From the NCBI GenBank assembly GCA_951406725.2, contig OX597816.1, positions 1,054,001-1,118,000 on the forward strand: DNA of 64,000 bases. Reading direction: 5' to 3'. The notes below the pieces were generated by a model, which did not search any database, was not told where the DNA came from, and worked only from the letters and a program-made list of their open reading frames with translations. This document shows, piece after piece, positions 1 to 13,030 of this stretch. The stretch is from Octopus vulgaris. Its lineage: Eukaryota. The first letter of the stretch is position 1, and each line of letters opens with the position of its first letter. Made by a program: the position numbers and the translations under genes.

Positions 1-782
1 GGAATTTCCACAGGAGTTGCTAGTCTAATAATAATGATTTAGCCCAAAATCCTCTCCTATCACCCTCCCTATGTAAGTAAAAAACACACACTGTCTCTAA
101 AAGTAACCACTTGAATGAAGTAAAGAACTAACTTGCTTGTTACTTCAACCACTGACTCTGAAGATGTGATCCAGTGTTGAGATTGAGTAAGTCGTTTATT
201 GACAGATAATTTTGTTCAGTGGGGAGCTGAGACACAGTTGCTCAAATTGCTGGAAATAACAAATCTCTCATAGATCACGCCTTCTTACCATCTGGAACCA
301 AGGCTATATTGAACAAACTGAACAGTCGTGATGATCTCAGCAGTCTTTAAACACTGACCAGAATGCCTTCCATCAAGTTTTTGTTTGACAACTGATCAAA
401 GAATATACAACAATAAGGCTTGAGCCAGCAAGAGAAGGCCTGTGCAGGGCTGCTAGATATAACAGCCAAATTTCTCTCAAATTACACCCTACCATCTTCA
501 ATTATGAAAAGATATATCAAACCTTTCACCATATATCACCATATATGGAGAGTGTATGGATATCAACATTGTTTCATGCCCACTTTTCCATACTTGCATG
601 GAAAGGACAGAATTTGTTGATGTAGATTTTCTACATGAGGATGCCTTTCCTGTTGTCAATCCTTACCAGTTTCCAAGGAAGGTAATATTTTCCCATGGCC
701 AGGAATGTTCTTGTAGAATATTGGAAATGAATGGCACTGCTTACAAGATGGCAAGACAAGGAGATACACATACACTCACTCA

Positions 783-886
<104 letters not shown>

Positions 887-1877
887 AAACTGAGAATGTG
901 TGTCTGTCTGTCTGTGTGTTTCCCTAAAACTTGAGAACTACACAACCAATTTCATTCAAATTTTACACATGCCTTACTTAAGGTCCGGGGAATGTCGACC
1001 CCACAGCAATATCATATCTTCTCCACTATTTCAGTATTACGTGTTAAAAGTGAAACAAATATATCTCTCTTTTGTAATGCAGACACTTTCACTTTAATAC
1101 TAAAACTATTAAAATTAAAGTATTATATAACAGGGATGAACCATTAACAGTGGTCATCCATTTTGCTAGAAGAAGATCCGCTATGGTCTTATATGCTACA
1201 CCACTGGTTTTCAATTCATATTAATCAAATTAATATTCAATTTTTCACCCTTATTATGTGCGTGTGTGTGTGTATTAGCAATTCGTATAAAATTGCATCA
1301 ATGACTTGAACTTGAATAAGTGGTTTCACATAAATGGGGATAAATTAAAAAGGTTTGTTGTTATTATTATTACTGTTTGACTATTGTAATCATGTTTGTT
1401 GGTTCCTTGTCTAGGAAACGTTGTTGTGTTGCACTTGTTAAATAATTGTAAACCGTAACCCTCCCCCTTTCGGAGAAGGGGCTTTGGTTATTGTTTAAAA
1501 ATTGAATTGTGTCTCTGTTTGGGGAAATTGACAATATTTTCACTGTCTTTACGGAAGCATTTTTGTTAGAATGCCTTTGATAGAAGAAAGTCCAAAAATG
1601 AATTTCACTGCAGCCGTACACTTCTATACAAGAGGGAGGACAAGATCCAATTGATTGAAATTGCAAGAGACAGGCCTGCAATTCCAGTTTGTTATATATT
1701 TTGAGTATTGTTATCACTAGCGATATCAAGATATAACTTTGTATTTTGTATTTTATGTGTAGATGTATATATATAGATGTACATGTAATATGTATACATA
1801 TATATATACACATATATACATGCATAATATATCAACCCATACACACATACGCACACACACACACACACACATACATA

Positions 1878-2012
1878 GGGGCAGGTGTGGCTGTATGGTA
1901 ACAAACTACGTTCCAAACACATGGTCCTGGGTTCAATCCCACTGTGTCATGACTTGGCATGTGTCTTCTGCTGTAGCCTCAGACCAACAAAAGCCTTCTC
2001 AGTGGATTTTGT
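1878..2012 (+). mobile_element. tRNA-derived SINE family B, 5' part, inside the Helitron
   Basis: GGCAGGTGTGGCTGTATGGTAA (A-box like) ... GGTTCAATCCC (B-box like); homologous to the full copy at 23165-23557. Confidence 0.75.
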
Positions 2013-2124
2013 ACATATATACAGGCATACATACATATATATATATATGCATACGTACATATTCGGCATAAACACTCTACCACTGCAACTAATAACTGTT
2101 GGGAACACTTTCAAACCTGCCTTA

Positions 2125-5012
2125 CATTTGAACCGGAATCTCAACGCCCGAGTTTTCCATCTGAAGTTAATCTCTCTCATGGAGCTCGTACAAAAAGGGC
2201 AAGTCTTTGGGCCCATACAATGTGACATGTACACAATTGAGTGGCAAAAAAGGGGCCTTCCATATGCTCATATCCTGCTTTGGCTCTCAGCGAAGATCAA
2301 TTCAATGACATCGACAACATAATCTCTGCAGAGCTTCCTGATCCAGCTTTAGACAAAGAACTATACGAAATAGTTAAAGCAAACATGGTACATGGTCCAT
2401 GTGGGCGTGGATTCAACATAAACACACCATGCTTGAAGGACAGCATATGTTCAAAAAGATTTCCAAGGAGGTTCCTACAAGAAACTCAGACAGGTGCTGA
2501 TGGGTATCCATCATACAGACGCAGAAAACCAGAAGACGGAGGTTTCACAGCAACTATCGAACAGCAAAATATTGATAATAGATGGATTGTTCCATACTGT
2601 CCACTCCTGTCAAAGACTTTCAATGCCCACATCAACGTTGAGTTTTGCAACTCCGTCAAATCTATCAAGTACGTTTGCAAATATGTAAACAAAGGTTCTG
2701 ACGCTGCAATGTTTGGACTTCAACAAGAATACTGCCAGGATGAGGTGACGCATTATCAGGTGGAACGGTACATAAGTAGCAACGAGGCTTTCTGGCGCAT
2801 CTTTGGCTTTCCAATTCATCAATGACACCCCGCCATTCAACAGCTTGCAGTGCACCTGGAAAATGGTCAAAGAGTGTACTTCTCCGATGCTAATGCTTCT
2901 CTGTTGGCAGAGGAACCAAGGGATAGCACACTCACTGCATTCTTCAAGCTTTGTCAAGTGGATCCATTCACTCAAACCTTGCTGTATCCACAGATTCCAT
3001 CGTACTACACTTGGAATGGAAAAAACTGGGCCCCACGGAAAGCAGGTCAAAATGTTCATGGATACCCTGGCATTAAGTTTCACACTTGCCTTGGGCGAGT
3101 ATACACAGTGCATCCCACTCAACAAGAGTGCTTCTACCTTCGTCAGCTACTGCATGAAGTCAGAGGGCCAATGTCTTTCCAGGTCCTAAAAACCGTTCAT
3201 GGACATGTCTGCACAACATACAGAGAAGCCTGCTATCGATAAGGTCTGTTAGAAGATGGTGCACAATGGGATGCAACTTTAGGAGAGGCTGCTTTATCAC
3301 AATCACCTAAAAGTCTCAGGGCACTATTTGCAGTATTACTACAGGCATGCGAACTGTGTGATCCGGCCATTCTATGGCTCAAATATAGAGACAACCTGGC
3401 CGAAGACTTTCAGCGCCAAGCTCAACTGCTCTATCCTGACATGGAGGGTATCAGCAATGAAATCTATAACAAAACACTCATTGACATTGAAGACAGAATT
3501 GCTAAACTGGGTGGAAATGAATTGTCGACGTATGGCCTGCCACAAGTATTCAGGTCAGGGTCAAATAGCCTTCCCGCTGCTGTCATTCGTGAAACAGCCT
3601 ACGACACTAAAGCGCTTTCAAAGTACATTGTTGAAAATGAGCCTAAATTACTTCCGGACCAGCTGCAGGCCTACTGAACTATTCTTTACAGTGTACACCA
3701 ACGCGAGGGATGAATCTTCTTCCTCGATGTTCCTGGAGGGACAGGAAAAACATTTATTACGAAGCTTCTCCTTGCAGAAGTTGGGCAGCATCAGAACATT
3801 GCAGTAGCTGTAGCCTCCTCTGGCATTGCAGCTACTTTGTTACCCGGTGGCAGGACAGCACACTCAACTTTTAAACTCCCTCTCAATTTAGCAGCATCCG
3901 AAATGCCTTCATGCAACATCAACAAAAGCTCAGATCAGGGACAAGTACTTAAAATGTGTCATTTAATTGTCTGGGATGAGTGCACTATGACTCACAAGGG
4001 AGCTTTGGCAGCATTAGATAGAGCCCTGAAAGACATCCGAGACTGTCAGGCTCCAATGGGAGGTGTAACGCTTCTGTTGTCAGGTGATTTCAGGCAAACT
4101 CTTCCTGTCATTCCGAAAGGCACTAGAGCAGATGAAGTCCAAGCATGCCTAAAGTCCTCTACCCTGTGGCATCATGTTACAATCCTCAGTCTCACCACAA
4201 ACATGAGAGCTCAGCTACACGGTGACAAAATGTCCACAAAGTTTGCACAGGACATTTTGACACTTGGTGAAGGCAAGATGCCTCTCGATGCTGCAGGACA
4301 AATCGAAGTGTGGTCATTTTCTTCTGTTGTTAGTTTTGTAGATGACCTCAAAAACAAAGTCTTTCCCAACTTCACACAAAACTACCAAAATCACAAATGG
4401 CTGTGTGAAAGAGCAATATTAGCTCCAAAAAACGTCGCTGTTAACAAAATTAATCAACAGCTAATGCATTCTCTTCCCGGCACTATACACACTTACAAGT
4501 CTGTTGATACAATTCCAGATATAAATGAAGTTGTGAACTATCCTCCTGAATTTCTCAATTCACTGGAGCCTCCTCGACTACCTCCACACATATTAGCACT
4601 TAAAGTTGGAACTCCTGTAATGCTACTCCGCAATCTGGAACCACCAAGACTTTGCAATGGAACTCGATTGGTGATAAAGAAAATGATGTCACACGTTATC
4701 AAGGCGATCATTCTTTCTGGATGTGGAAAAGGTGATGACGTCTTTATTCCAAGAATTCCTCTTACTCCAGCAGGAGCAGAAATTCCATTTACATTCAGAA
4801 GACTGCAATTCCCCCTTCGTGTCAGCTTTGCCATGTCCATTAACAAATCTCAGGGTCAAACCCTCTCTGTAGCTGGTCTTCTCTTGGAAGAGCCCTGCTT
4901 CTCGCATGGGCAACTGTATGTTGGCTGCTCAAGAGTAGGAACCAAAAGAAACCTTTTTGAATATGCTCCACAAGGAAAAGCAAGGAACATTGTTTACAAC
5001 GAGGTGTTATAA
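2125..5012 (+). pseudogene. Helitron Rep/PIF1 helicase (RepHel), 5'-truncated and inactivated
   Basis: Rep motifs IEWQKRGLPYAHILLW (HUH motif, first His reads Tyr), MVHGPCG and YVCKYVNKG. PIF1 motifs PGGTGKT, GGRTAHSTFKLP, WDEC, GDFRQTLP, RLCNGTRL, QFPLRVSFAMSINKSQGQT and FSHGQLYV. Frameshift near 2300; stops near 2823, 3240, 3675 and 3711. Confidence 0.96.
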
Positions 5013-5190
5013 TCTCAACAGCCAGGAGGTATATACATGATCCCCCTTTTTTAAAACAAACTACATGTACTTTCATGTATTTATATTAATATACATATAT
5101 TTGTGTGTGTGTGTATATCCATATATATATAACAGAAAAGTCTAATTCTTCAATTGAATGTAACCGGGCAATGCCGGGTATCTCTGCTAG

Positions 5191-6153
5191 TATATAAATA
5201 AAGCTGAAGTTGTCTGTGTGTGACAGGTTTGGTAGCTTCAACTAACACTATCTCCTCCGAGACCCTGCAGCGCAAGTTGACCAAAATTGAGAGTATGATA
5301 GAAGAAGGCTTGCTCTTCATTCCGTAAAAGAAAACATTCAAAGTGGACCATGTTAAGACCAAACATTATTTACATTAAAAAGGTGCTTTTTTTTTCTATG
5401 AAAAACCCTGATTTTTACGATTTTTTTACTGCTGTGTCGCCATTTTTCAGTGTATTTCAACCAGAAAAATGTTCACTTAAAGAGAATAACAAGCTATATA
5501 ATGCAAAATTTTTACTTTTCAAAAATTCCAATTCTAAAGGGTCGAAAAGAATTTTTTTGTGATGTTATTGGTTTTGAGTGAACGCCAGATCAGCTGATCC
5601 AATGCAGAGGAGTAATGTTCGCTTCGTGAATGAATTAATTTTCAAGGTCATCAACTACTACAGTTTTGAGTACAATTCAGCAATTTCAATCGATTTTTTT
5701 GTGAGAAAAACTAATTGTATTTTACAGATTTTTTTAGTTATACATGATGTAAAATAGTCGATTTTATTCATTTTACAGGTACAACCACGATTCATGTTGT
5801 AACCACAAACTGTTCTTACTAACGTTTTGGATTTTCCTGTACTTTTTCTTAATGAATATTGTTGCACTATTAACTTCTCAATAGATTTTCAGTGCAGTTC
5901 GAAACTTGGGCTTCATTTTGCTTTAAATCTACGGGTAATTTTTTTTCTCCGTAATGTTAATAGAAGGAATATTAACCAACAATACCAGCAATTGAAGTCA
6001 GCATTACACATTTGCAGCACATTCAAGCATCGCCACACTATACTTCTATTCATAGATTGAAACTAAGTCAAAACTTTGTTAACGCAACATCAAAGTCTGC
6101 CATTTTAAGTGCAACTAAGAAACAAACCCGAGCAATGGCGGGCTATACTGCTA

Positions 6154-6154
<1 letters not shown>
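5191..6154 (+). mobile_element. Non-autonomous Helitron (family 2)
   Basis: Starts TATATAAATAAAGCTGAAGTTGTCTGTGTG directly after the previous CTAG. Ends ACCCGAGCAATGGCGGG...CTAG (6151-6154) followed by T. Both ends match 10867-11231. Confidence 0.8.
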
Positions 6155-6192
<38 letters not shown>

Positions 6193-6809
6193 TCCAGTTT
6201 TTTTCAGGTTTCCTCTACCAAATCCACTCTAAAGGCTGTGATTGGCTCAGAGCTATTGTAGAATACATTTGCTCAAGGAGTCAAATAATGGGACTGAACC
6301 TGGAATCATGTGTTTGGGAAGCAAGCTTCTTACCACGGCCACATCTGTATGTGTATTTATTTTATTTTTATTTATTTTTTTTATTTTATCTAGTTTCAGC
6401 TCACGAGCTGTGGCCATGCTGGGGCATGGATGTATTTTTTATGCATCATACTTATCTCTCCGTCCCCGTTCCTGCAGCCCAATCCTGTCTTCACTGCCCT
6501 ACCCCAGCGTATCATTGCTCTCCTGTTTTCCCCTCCTCTATAAACCTAGCTTTCACTAGTCCCTGCATTCCCCTTTGCCTTTGCATTCATGTGAATTCCC
6601 CACTCCCCATGGAAATACTCTACCACCCCCATATCTTGAGGGTATGCCCTGGCACATTGGCACCATCTTGCTCTCTCCCTCTGACTGGGGCAACCCTATA
6701 TCTCTTCAGCAAGACACCTGTTTCTGTCTCTCTGTTACACTCTAACCTCTCCTCCAATCCCCACCTACCCCTCTCAAAGGGTCTTTGTCTTGTGAGTTAC
6801 TTGGTGACT

Positions 6810-7110
6810 CCAACTGTGCTGGTGCCATATCCAGCCACAGAAACCATGCCAAAATAGACAGTGAAGCTTGGTGCAGGCTTCTGGCTTGCCAGCTCCTCTC
6901 AAAGAGTTCAACCCATGCACACACGTGTGTGTGTTTATGTGTATGTACATGCTGGTGCTGCGTAAGAAGCACTCAACACACTCTGTAAAGTGGTTGGTGT
7001 TAGGAAGGGCATCCAGCCATAGAAACTATGCCAATGGAACATGGGCAGCTCTGCAGCTGGAAAGCATTTGTCAAACTATCCAACCCAAGCCAGCATGGAA
7101 AACAGATTTT
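6810..7110 (+). mobile_element. Decayed RTE 3'-end derived elements (two adjacent pieces)
   Basis: GTGGTTGGTGTTAGGAAGGGCATCCAGCCATAGAAAC and CCAACCC..GCCAGCATGGAAA motifs shared with 14994-15450. Confidence 0.6.
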
Positions 7111-7112
7111 AA

Positions 7113-7182
<70 letters not shown>

Positions 7183-7379
7183 GGGGCACCAGATAGCAAT
7201 ACTCAACAACCCACGCAGGTTAATGGTTCTTTTAATATACCAAACTACTTGGTTTAATTATTAATTAATTAATTAATTTTACCCTTTATTATTATGGATA
7301 ATATAATTCTCTCCCTGATAGTAAAGTACAGTTTTTTCTGTAGAATTTTACTCATTAGCACCTCACACTATTCTACAGT

Positions 7380-7654
7380 GTGAGGTGTTCAGGATTGCAA
7401 AGCAGTGTATCAAGAGAGAATAGAGATGTGGTGGGTGAGAAATGTGTGCGAATGGATAATGGTATGCTTGCACTTAGTGACTCAGAGAAGAAAGATGCAG
7501 GGAGATGCCACTATGAAAGGTTGTTGAATATGGAAAATGAATGGGAGGAGTGTCTTTCAAATATTGAGCCAATCAAGGGACTACCCATCAGAGTTGATAG
7601 CAATTAAGGATATGAAGAACAGGGAAAGCTTCCAGATCATCGGGTATCACTGCC
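7380..7654 (+). pseudogene. RTE-clade LINE ORF fragment (EN-RT linker)
   Basis: RENRDVVGEKCVRMDNG...EKKDA.RCHYERLLNMENEW followed by a MK..KA.G.SGI-like segment typical of the pre-RT region. Confidence 0.6.
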
Positions 7655-9930
7655 AATCATCATCATTTAGTGTCTATTGTCCATACTAGCATGAGTTGGA
7701 TGGTTTGACCAGAGCTGGTAAGCTGAGGGGCTGCACCAGACTCCAGTTTGATTTGGCAGGGTTTCTACCAGCATGGGTGCCAGTTGTGTGACACCAATAT
7801 CTGCCATGACTATGGTTCCACTCGGCTTGAAGGATCTTCCTTCTCAAGCACAACATATTGCCAAAAGTCTCAGTCATTTATCATTGCCTCCATGAGGCCC
7901 AGCACTCGAAAGGTGCTTCTTCTGTACCACTGGCACAGGTGCTAGTTCCATGACATTGGCACCAGCTGCACTGCCTCCATGAGGCCCAGCACTCAAAAGG
8001 TGCTTCTTCTGTACCACTGGCACAGGTGCTAGTTCCATGACATTGGCACCAGCTGCACTGCCTCCATGAGGCCCAGCACTCAAAAGGTGCTTCTTCTGTA
8101 CCACTGGCACAGGTGCTAGTTCCATGACATTGGCACCAGCTGCACTGCCTCCATGAGGCCCAGCACTCAAAGGTGCTTCTTCTGTACCACTGGCACAGGT
8201 GCTAGTTCCATGACATTGGCACCAGCTGCACTGCCTCCATGAGAGCCAGCACTCGAAAGGTGCTTCTTCTGTACCACTGGCACAGGTGCTAGTTCCATGA
8301 CATTGGCACCAGCTGCACTGCCTCCATGAGAGCCAGCACTCAAAAGGTGCTTCTTCTGTACCACTGGCACAGGTGCTAGTTCCATGACATTGGCATCAGC
8401 TGCACTGCCTCCATGAGAGCCAGCACTCAAAAGGTGCTTCTTCTGTACCACTGGCACAGGTGCTAGTTCCATGACATTGGCACCAGCTGCACTGCCTCCA
8501 TGAGAGCCAGCACTCAAAAGGTGCTTCTTCTGTACCACTGGCACAGGTGCTAGTTCCATGACATTGGCACCAGCTGCACTGCCTCCATGAGAGCCAGCAC
8601 TCAAAAGGTGCTTCTTCTGTACCACTGGCACAGGTGCTAGTTCCATGACATTGGCACCAGCTGCACTGCCTCCATGAGAGCCAGCACTCAAAAGGTGCTT
8701 CTTCTGTACCACTGGCACAGGTGCTAGTTCCATGACATTGGCACCAGCTGCACTGCCTCCATGAGAGCCAGCACTCAAAAGGTGCTTCTTCTGTACCACT
8801 GGCACAGGTGCTAGTTCCATGACATTGGCACCAGCTGCACTGCCTCCATGAGAGCCAGCACTCAAAAGGTGCTTCTTCTGTACCACTGGCACAGGTGCTA
8901 GTTCCATGACATTGGCATCAGCTGCACTGCCTCCATGAGAGCCAGCACTCAAGGTGCTTCTTCTGTACCACTGGCACAGGTGCTAGTTCCATGACATTGG
9001 CACCAGCTGCACTGCCTCCATGAGAGCCAGCACTCAAAGGTGCTTCTTCTGTACCACTGGCACAGGTGCTAGTTCCATGACATTGGCACCAGCTGCACTG
9101 CCTCCATGAGGCCCAGCACTCAAAAGGTGCTTCTTCTGTACCACTGGCACAGGTGCTAGTTCCATGACATTGGCACCAGCTGCACTGCCTCCATGAGAGC
9201 CAGCACTCGAAAGGTGCTTCTTCTGTACCACTGGCACAGGTGCTAGTTCCATGACATTGGCACCAGCTGCACTGCCTCCATGAGAGCCAGCACTCAAAAG
9301 GTGCTTCTTCTGTACCACTGGCACAGGTGCTAGTTCCATGACATTGGCACCAGCTGCACTGCCTCCATGAGAGCCAGCACTCGAAAGGTGCTTCTTCTGT
9401 ACCACTGGCACAGGTGCTAGTTCCATGACATTGGCACCAGCTGCACTGCCTCCATGAGAGCCAGCACTCAAAAGGTGCTTCTTCTGTACCACTGGCACAG
9501 GTGCTAGTTCCATGACATTGGCATCAGCTGCACTGCCTCCATGAGAGCCAGCACTCAAAAGGTGCTTCTTCTGTACCACTGGCACAGGTGCTAGTTCCAT
9601 GACATTGGCACCAGCTGCACTGCCTCCATGAGAGCCAGCACTCAAAAGGTGCTTCTTCTGTACCACTGGCACAGGTGCTAGTTCCATGACATTGGCATCA
9701 GCTGCACTGCCTCCATGAGAGCCAGCACTCAAAAGGTCCCTTTTTACATGGCTGCCAGTTATGTGACACTGACAACAGCAACAACTACGATTTCACTTGG
9801 CTTGATGGGTCTTCTCTAGCATGGCATATCGCCAAAGGTCTCAATCACTAGTCATTGTCTCTGTGAGGTCCAACAGTTGAAGATCATGCTTCACCACTTC
9901 ATTCCATGTCTTTCTGGGTCTCTCTCTCTT
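7655..9930 (-). mobile_element. RTE LINE 3' end (ORF end duplicated, 3' UTR, (GAT)n tail) containing an expanded tandem array
   Basis: 9790-9925 and 7815-7912 are reverse complements of the LINE ORF end at 29280-29410. 7655-7770 is the UTR terminus plus (GAT)n tail. Confidence 0.75.
7886..9737. repeat. 87-bp tandem repeat, 21 full copies plus a partial one
   Basis: Unit GCCTCCATGAGAGCCAGCACTCAAAAGGTGCTTCTTCTGTACCACTGGCACAGGTGCTAGTTCCATGACATTGGCACCAGCTGCACT. Only a few recurrent substitutions and three 1-2 bp deletions in the A-run. Confidence 0.98.
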
Positions 9931-10866
9931 CCACAAATTATTGAAAGTGGGTAGAAATAAACAGTCGGTAGTGTAGTAATAACTACGCTAGGGTACCTGT
10001 AGAAAGTTGAATGGGATTTCGGAATATAACGAGGAAAAATTCGCATCTTGGCAATTTTCCAAAAGTCCTCTCCCCACATCAAGATTTTCTCCACAAATTT
10101 CTTTATAATCGTAATGTATGCCCTTTCAAAGGTATTTATTTGAAATTTCATAGAAAAAATCCAATTTCCTAAAAGTTATGAGGGAAAAACTCGAATTTTG
10201 TGAATTTTCCGAAGTCCTCTCCCCACCCTCCCGTTGCTTTGCACTTATTTTGTTTTCATATTCGTTTCCTACACATTTTTTTTTACACCCATTCCAGTAT
10301 GGGGAGGGGGGTTCAAGGTGTAAACATTAACCAAAATGAATAAACATGAAAACTGAAAAAAATTAAACATCATATTGAATCTGATAACATTTTTATAACA
10401 ATTCAATAAAATGCCTGTTATGGGGGGGGGGGGAAAGTCAACAATATGTTGAAGTATTGAATAAAAAGGATCTAACTCTTTTAATCCGATCTGTTGAACC
10501 CAATTTTTGAATGGGGGTGAGATAACCAAAAGGTACCAGCAGTTGTAAGCCAACATCCGCATGAAGGACATGAAGAAGGAATTCAAGGGAAGAAGAACTG
10601 GAGAATGTAGTTAGAGGGAAGTTGGAACATCTATGAACGATGTGTTTAGGCACTTTCAATTATTTTACAGGTGTAACGTTGGTGGTGTTCGATATACTCA
10701 AACCCCAAAATCAATTAATTCATAAAAATGGCGGCCACAAACGATAGAAACAGAAATCAGCGGAGTAGGGACGGGATTCTGGGTTTGATTACTTGCTAAA
10801 AGTAGCAGCCAAATCTCACTCAGGTCATTCTCTACCATCTTAAGAAATACAACAAATATATATATA

Positions 10867-11231
10867 CTAGCAGTATAGCCCAGTGTTACTCGGGCTTGTT
10901 TTCTTTTCGACCCTTTAGAATTGGAATTTTTGAAAAGTAAAAATTTTGCATTATGTAGCTTGTTATTCTCTTTAAGTGAACATTTTTCTAGTTGAAATAC
11001 ACCAAAAAATGACAACACAGCTGTCAAAAAATTGTAAAAAATAGGGATTTTCATAGAAAAAAGTTAACATGGTCCGATTTGAATTTTTCTTCTACAGAAG
11101 GAAGAGCAAGCCTTCTTCTATCATACTCTCAATTTTGGTCAACTTGTGCCTCAGGGTCTCGCAGGAGATAGTGTTAGTTGAAGGCTACCAAACCTGCCAT
11201 ACACAGACAACTTCAGCTTTATATATATAGA
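10867..11231 (-). mobile_element. Non-autonomous Helitron (family 2), internally deleted copy
   Basis: Minus strand starts TCTATATATATAAAGCTGAAGTTGTCTG and ends CCCGAGTAACACTGGGCTATACTGCTAG followed by T. Body matches 5191-5550. Confidence 0.85.
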
Positions 11232-11399
11232 GATATATATGGCGATCTACTGATATATATGCCAATATATATATATATTTATATTTATTGACTGATGTAG
11301 TCTTAAGTTTACAGTTTGAATAAAATATGGAAGGCTCACAGCTGGAACATCTATGGTTGTCGAACTACTTGAAAAGGGGTGACTTGGCCCCAAGCAACA

Positions 11400-11592
11400 A
11401 TAATAGTTTGCGACTGAGGCACAAGGCCAGCAATTTTATGGAGAGGAGCAGTCGATATTATTTCATTGATTGGGGAATCATAAAAGGTAAATATGTCCTC
11501 AGTAGATTTCGAACTCAGAAAATAAACAACTAAAACAAATGGTGCAAAGCATTTTAAGCGATGATCTCAAGATTCTGCCAGTTTGTCGCCTT
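11400..11592 (-). mobile_element. SINE family A, decayed
   Basis: Reverse complement of the GGCG..CTGGCAGAATC...TTCTGAGTTCGAAATC head. Confidence 0.55.
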
Positions 11593-12370
11593 CGAAGCAA
11601 TTAGAGAAACGAACGGTAAATGCAGATTTTCGCTGGAAAATATTTTCTTCAAGAAACCTTATTTTAAAAAATAAATCTATGGAGAAAATAAGTATTTTTA
11701 CCTGCAAGGATTTCATGACAGAAACAATCTCAACTTGGTTCGAGTTCCAAAAGCGCCATACGAGGAGGTCACGGAAAGACTTCATCTTCATGTATCGGTT
11801 GACAGTTCAGTGGCGAAGTCAAAAATGATAGCGAAATGGTTGGATGTGACGACTGTGGAAGTCGATAAGTTCAAGAAGAGAACTAATAAAATCCCTTAAT
11901 TCTCTTGACATTATTGCATTATGCCGCCTCTGTGTGTAGTACCTTCCAGTAATATCTCAAATATTAGAGAAATAACAGCCGAGGTACTCTTACGTACTAA
12001 ACAACCATTTCGGGTCGACGTATGTTGGCTGCCACAATTAGATGTGAGCCAAGTGATAACTGGAATATGGTTATTGAGGTGTAGGGAAAGAACTGGCAGA
12101 GAGTGGTGTGTGATGGGAATGGCACCTGTCGAGGAACCGCAGATTGCTTACAGGACATTAGGGGATGTCACTGTCATCACTTCCGGTCACACTTACTTTT
12201 TTTTAAACCTCGAAACTATATCTTAACCCCTAGCTTATTCCTGACCAGGAAGAAAACATCAAAATACAATAGTGACCTCGTCCTAGCATAAGTCTATCTT
12301 GGACTAGACCATGTTAGACTTACGTGTTCTGGCCTCTCTCACGCAGTACATCAAGTAGCATGATCGGTGT

Positions 12371-12412
<42 letters not shown>

Positions 12413-12660
12413 TAGTACAGATACCTGCCGACGCTGCTCGGGGTTAAAATGGCATAGTTTTTTTGTTGCTTTAATTGTTTCGGTCACGTGACTGCGGCAA
12501 TGTTGGAGCACCGATTTTAGTAGAAAAAATCGACTCTAGGATTTATTCTTTGTAAGCCTAGTACTTATTCTATCGGTCTCTTTTGCCGAAGCGCTAAGTT
12601 ACGGGGATGTAAACACAGGAACATCGGTTGTCAAGTGATGGTGAGAGTACGGCCACAACA
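12413..12660 (-). mobile_element. Helitron-like 3' terminal stub (CTAG plus hairpin) abutting a SINE family B 3' half
   Basis: CTAGTACAGATACCTGCCGACGCTGCTCGGG next to (TA)n. 12475-12645 matches the SINE B tail (AAGCCTAGTACTTATTCTATCGGTCTCTTTTGCCGAA). Confidence 0.55.
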
Positions 12661-12676
12661 CAACTACACACACATG

Positions 12677-12726
<50 letters not shown>

Positions 12727-13030
12727 CATGCATACATATACATATATATATATATATACATACGTACACACATACATACATACATACATACACACATACA
12801 TACATACGTACACACATACACACATACATACATACATACATACATAAATACACACATACATACATACACACATACATACGTACACACATACACACATACA
12901 TAAATACATACATACATACACACATACATAAATACATACATACATACATACATACACACATACATACATACATGCATACATACGTACACACGTACACACA
13001 TACATGCATACACACATACATACATACATA

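Noticed and set aside
3837-5012. Host PIF1 helicase gene
   Set aside because: Contiguous with HUH Rep motifs and a Helitron terminator, intronless, with upstream stops.
6012-6857. 281-aa ORF
   Set aside because: Crosses a Helitron end, a microsatellite and an antisense SINE; no domain signal.
7886-9737. CRISPR array or repeat-protein gene
   Set aside because: Units are contiguous with no unique spacers, there are no cas genes, the context is eukaryotic, and the unit derives from LINE sequence.
9960-10510. Possible non-autonomous Helitron/Helentron-like body (similar style at 44330-44610)
   Set aside because: Only compositional hints (AAATTTCAT, AGTTATG); no termini identified.
11690-11910. 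Possible CR1/L2 C-terminal remnant
   Set aside because: Only a faint FKKR..KIP-like ending; too weak to call.
12161-12283. Small MITE with GGATGTCACT/AGTGACCTCGTCC ends
   Set aside because: TIR match is short and imperfect, and there is a single copy in the window.
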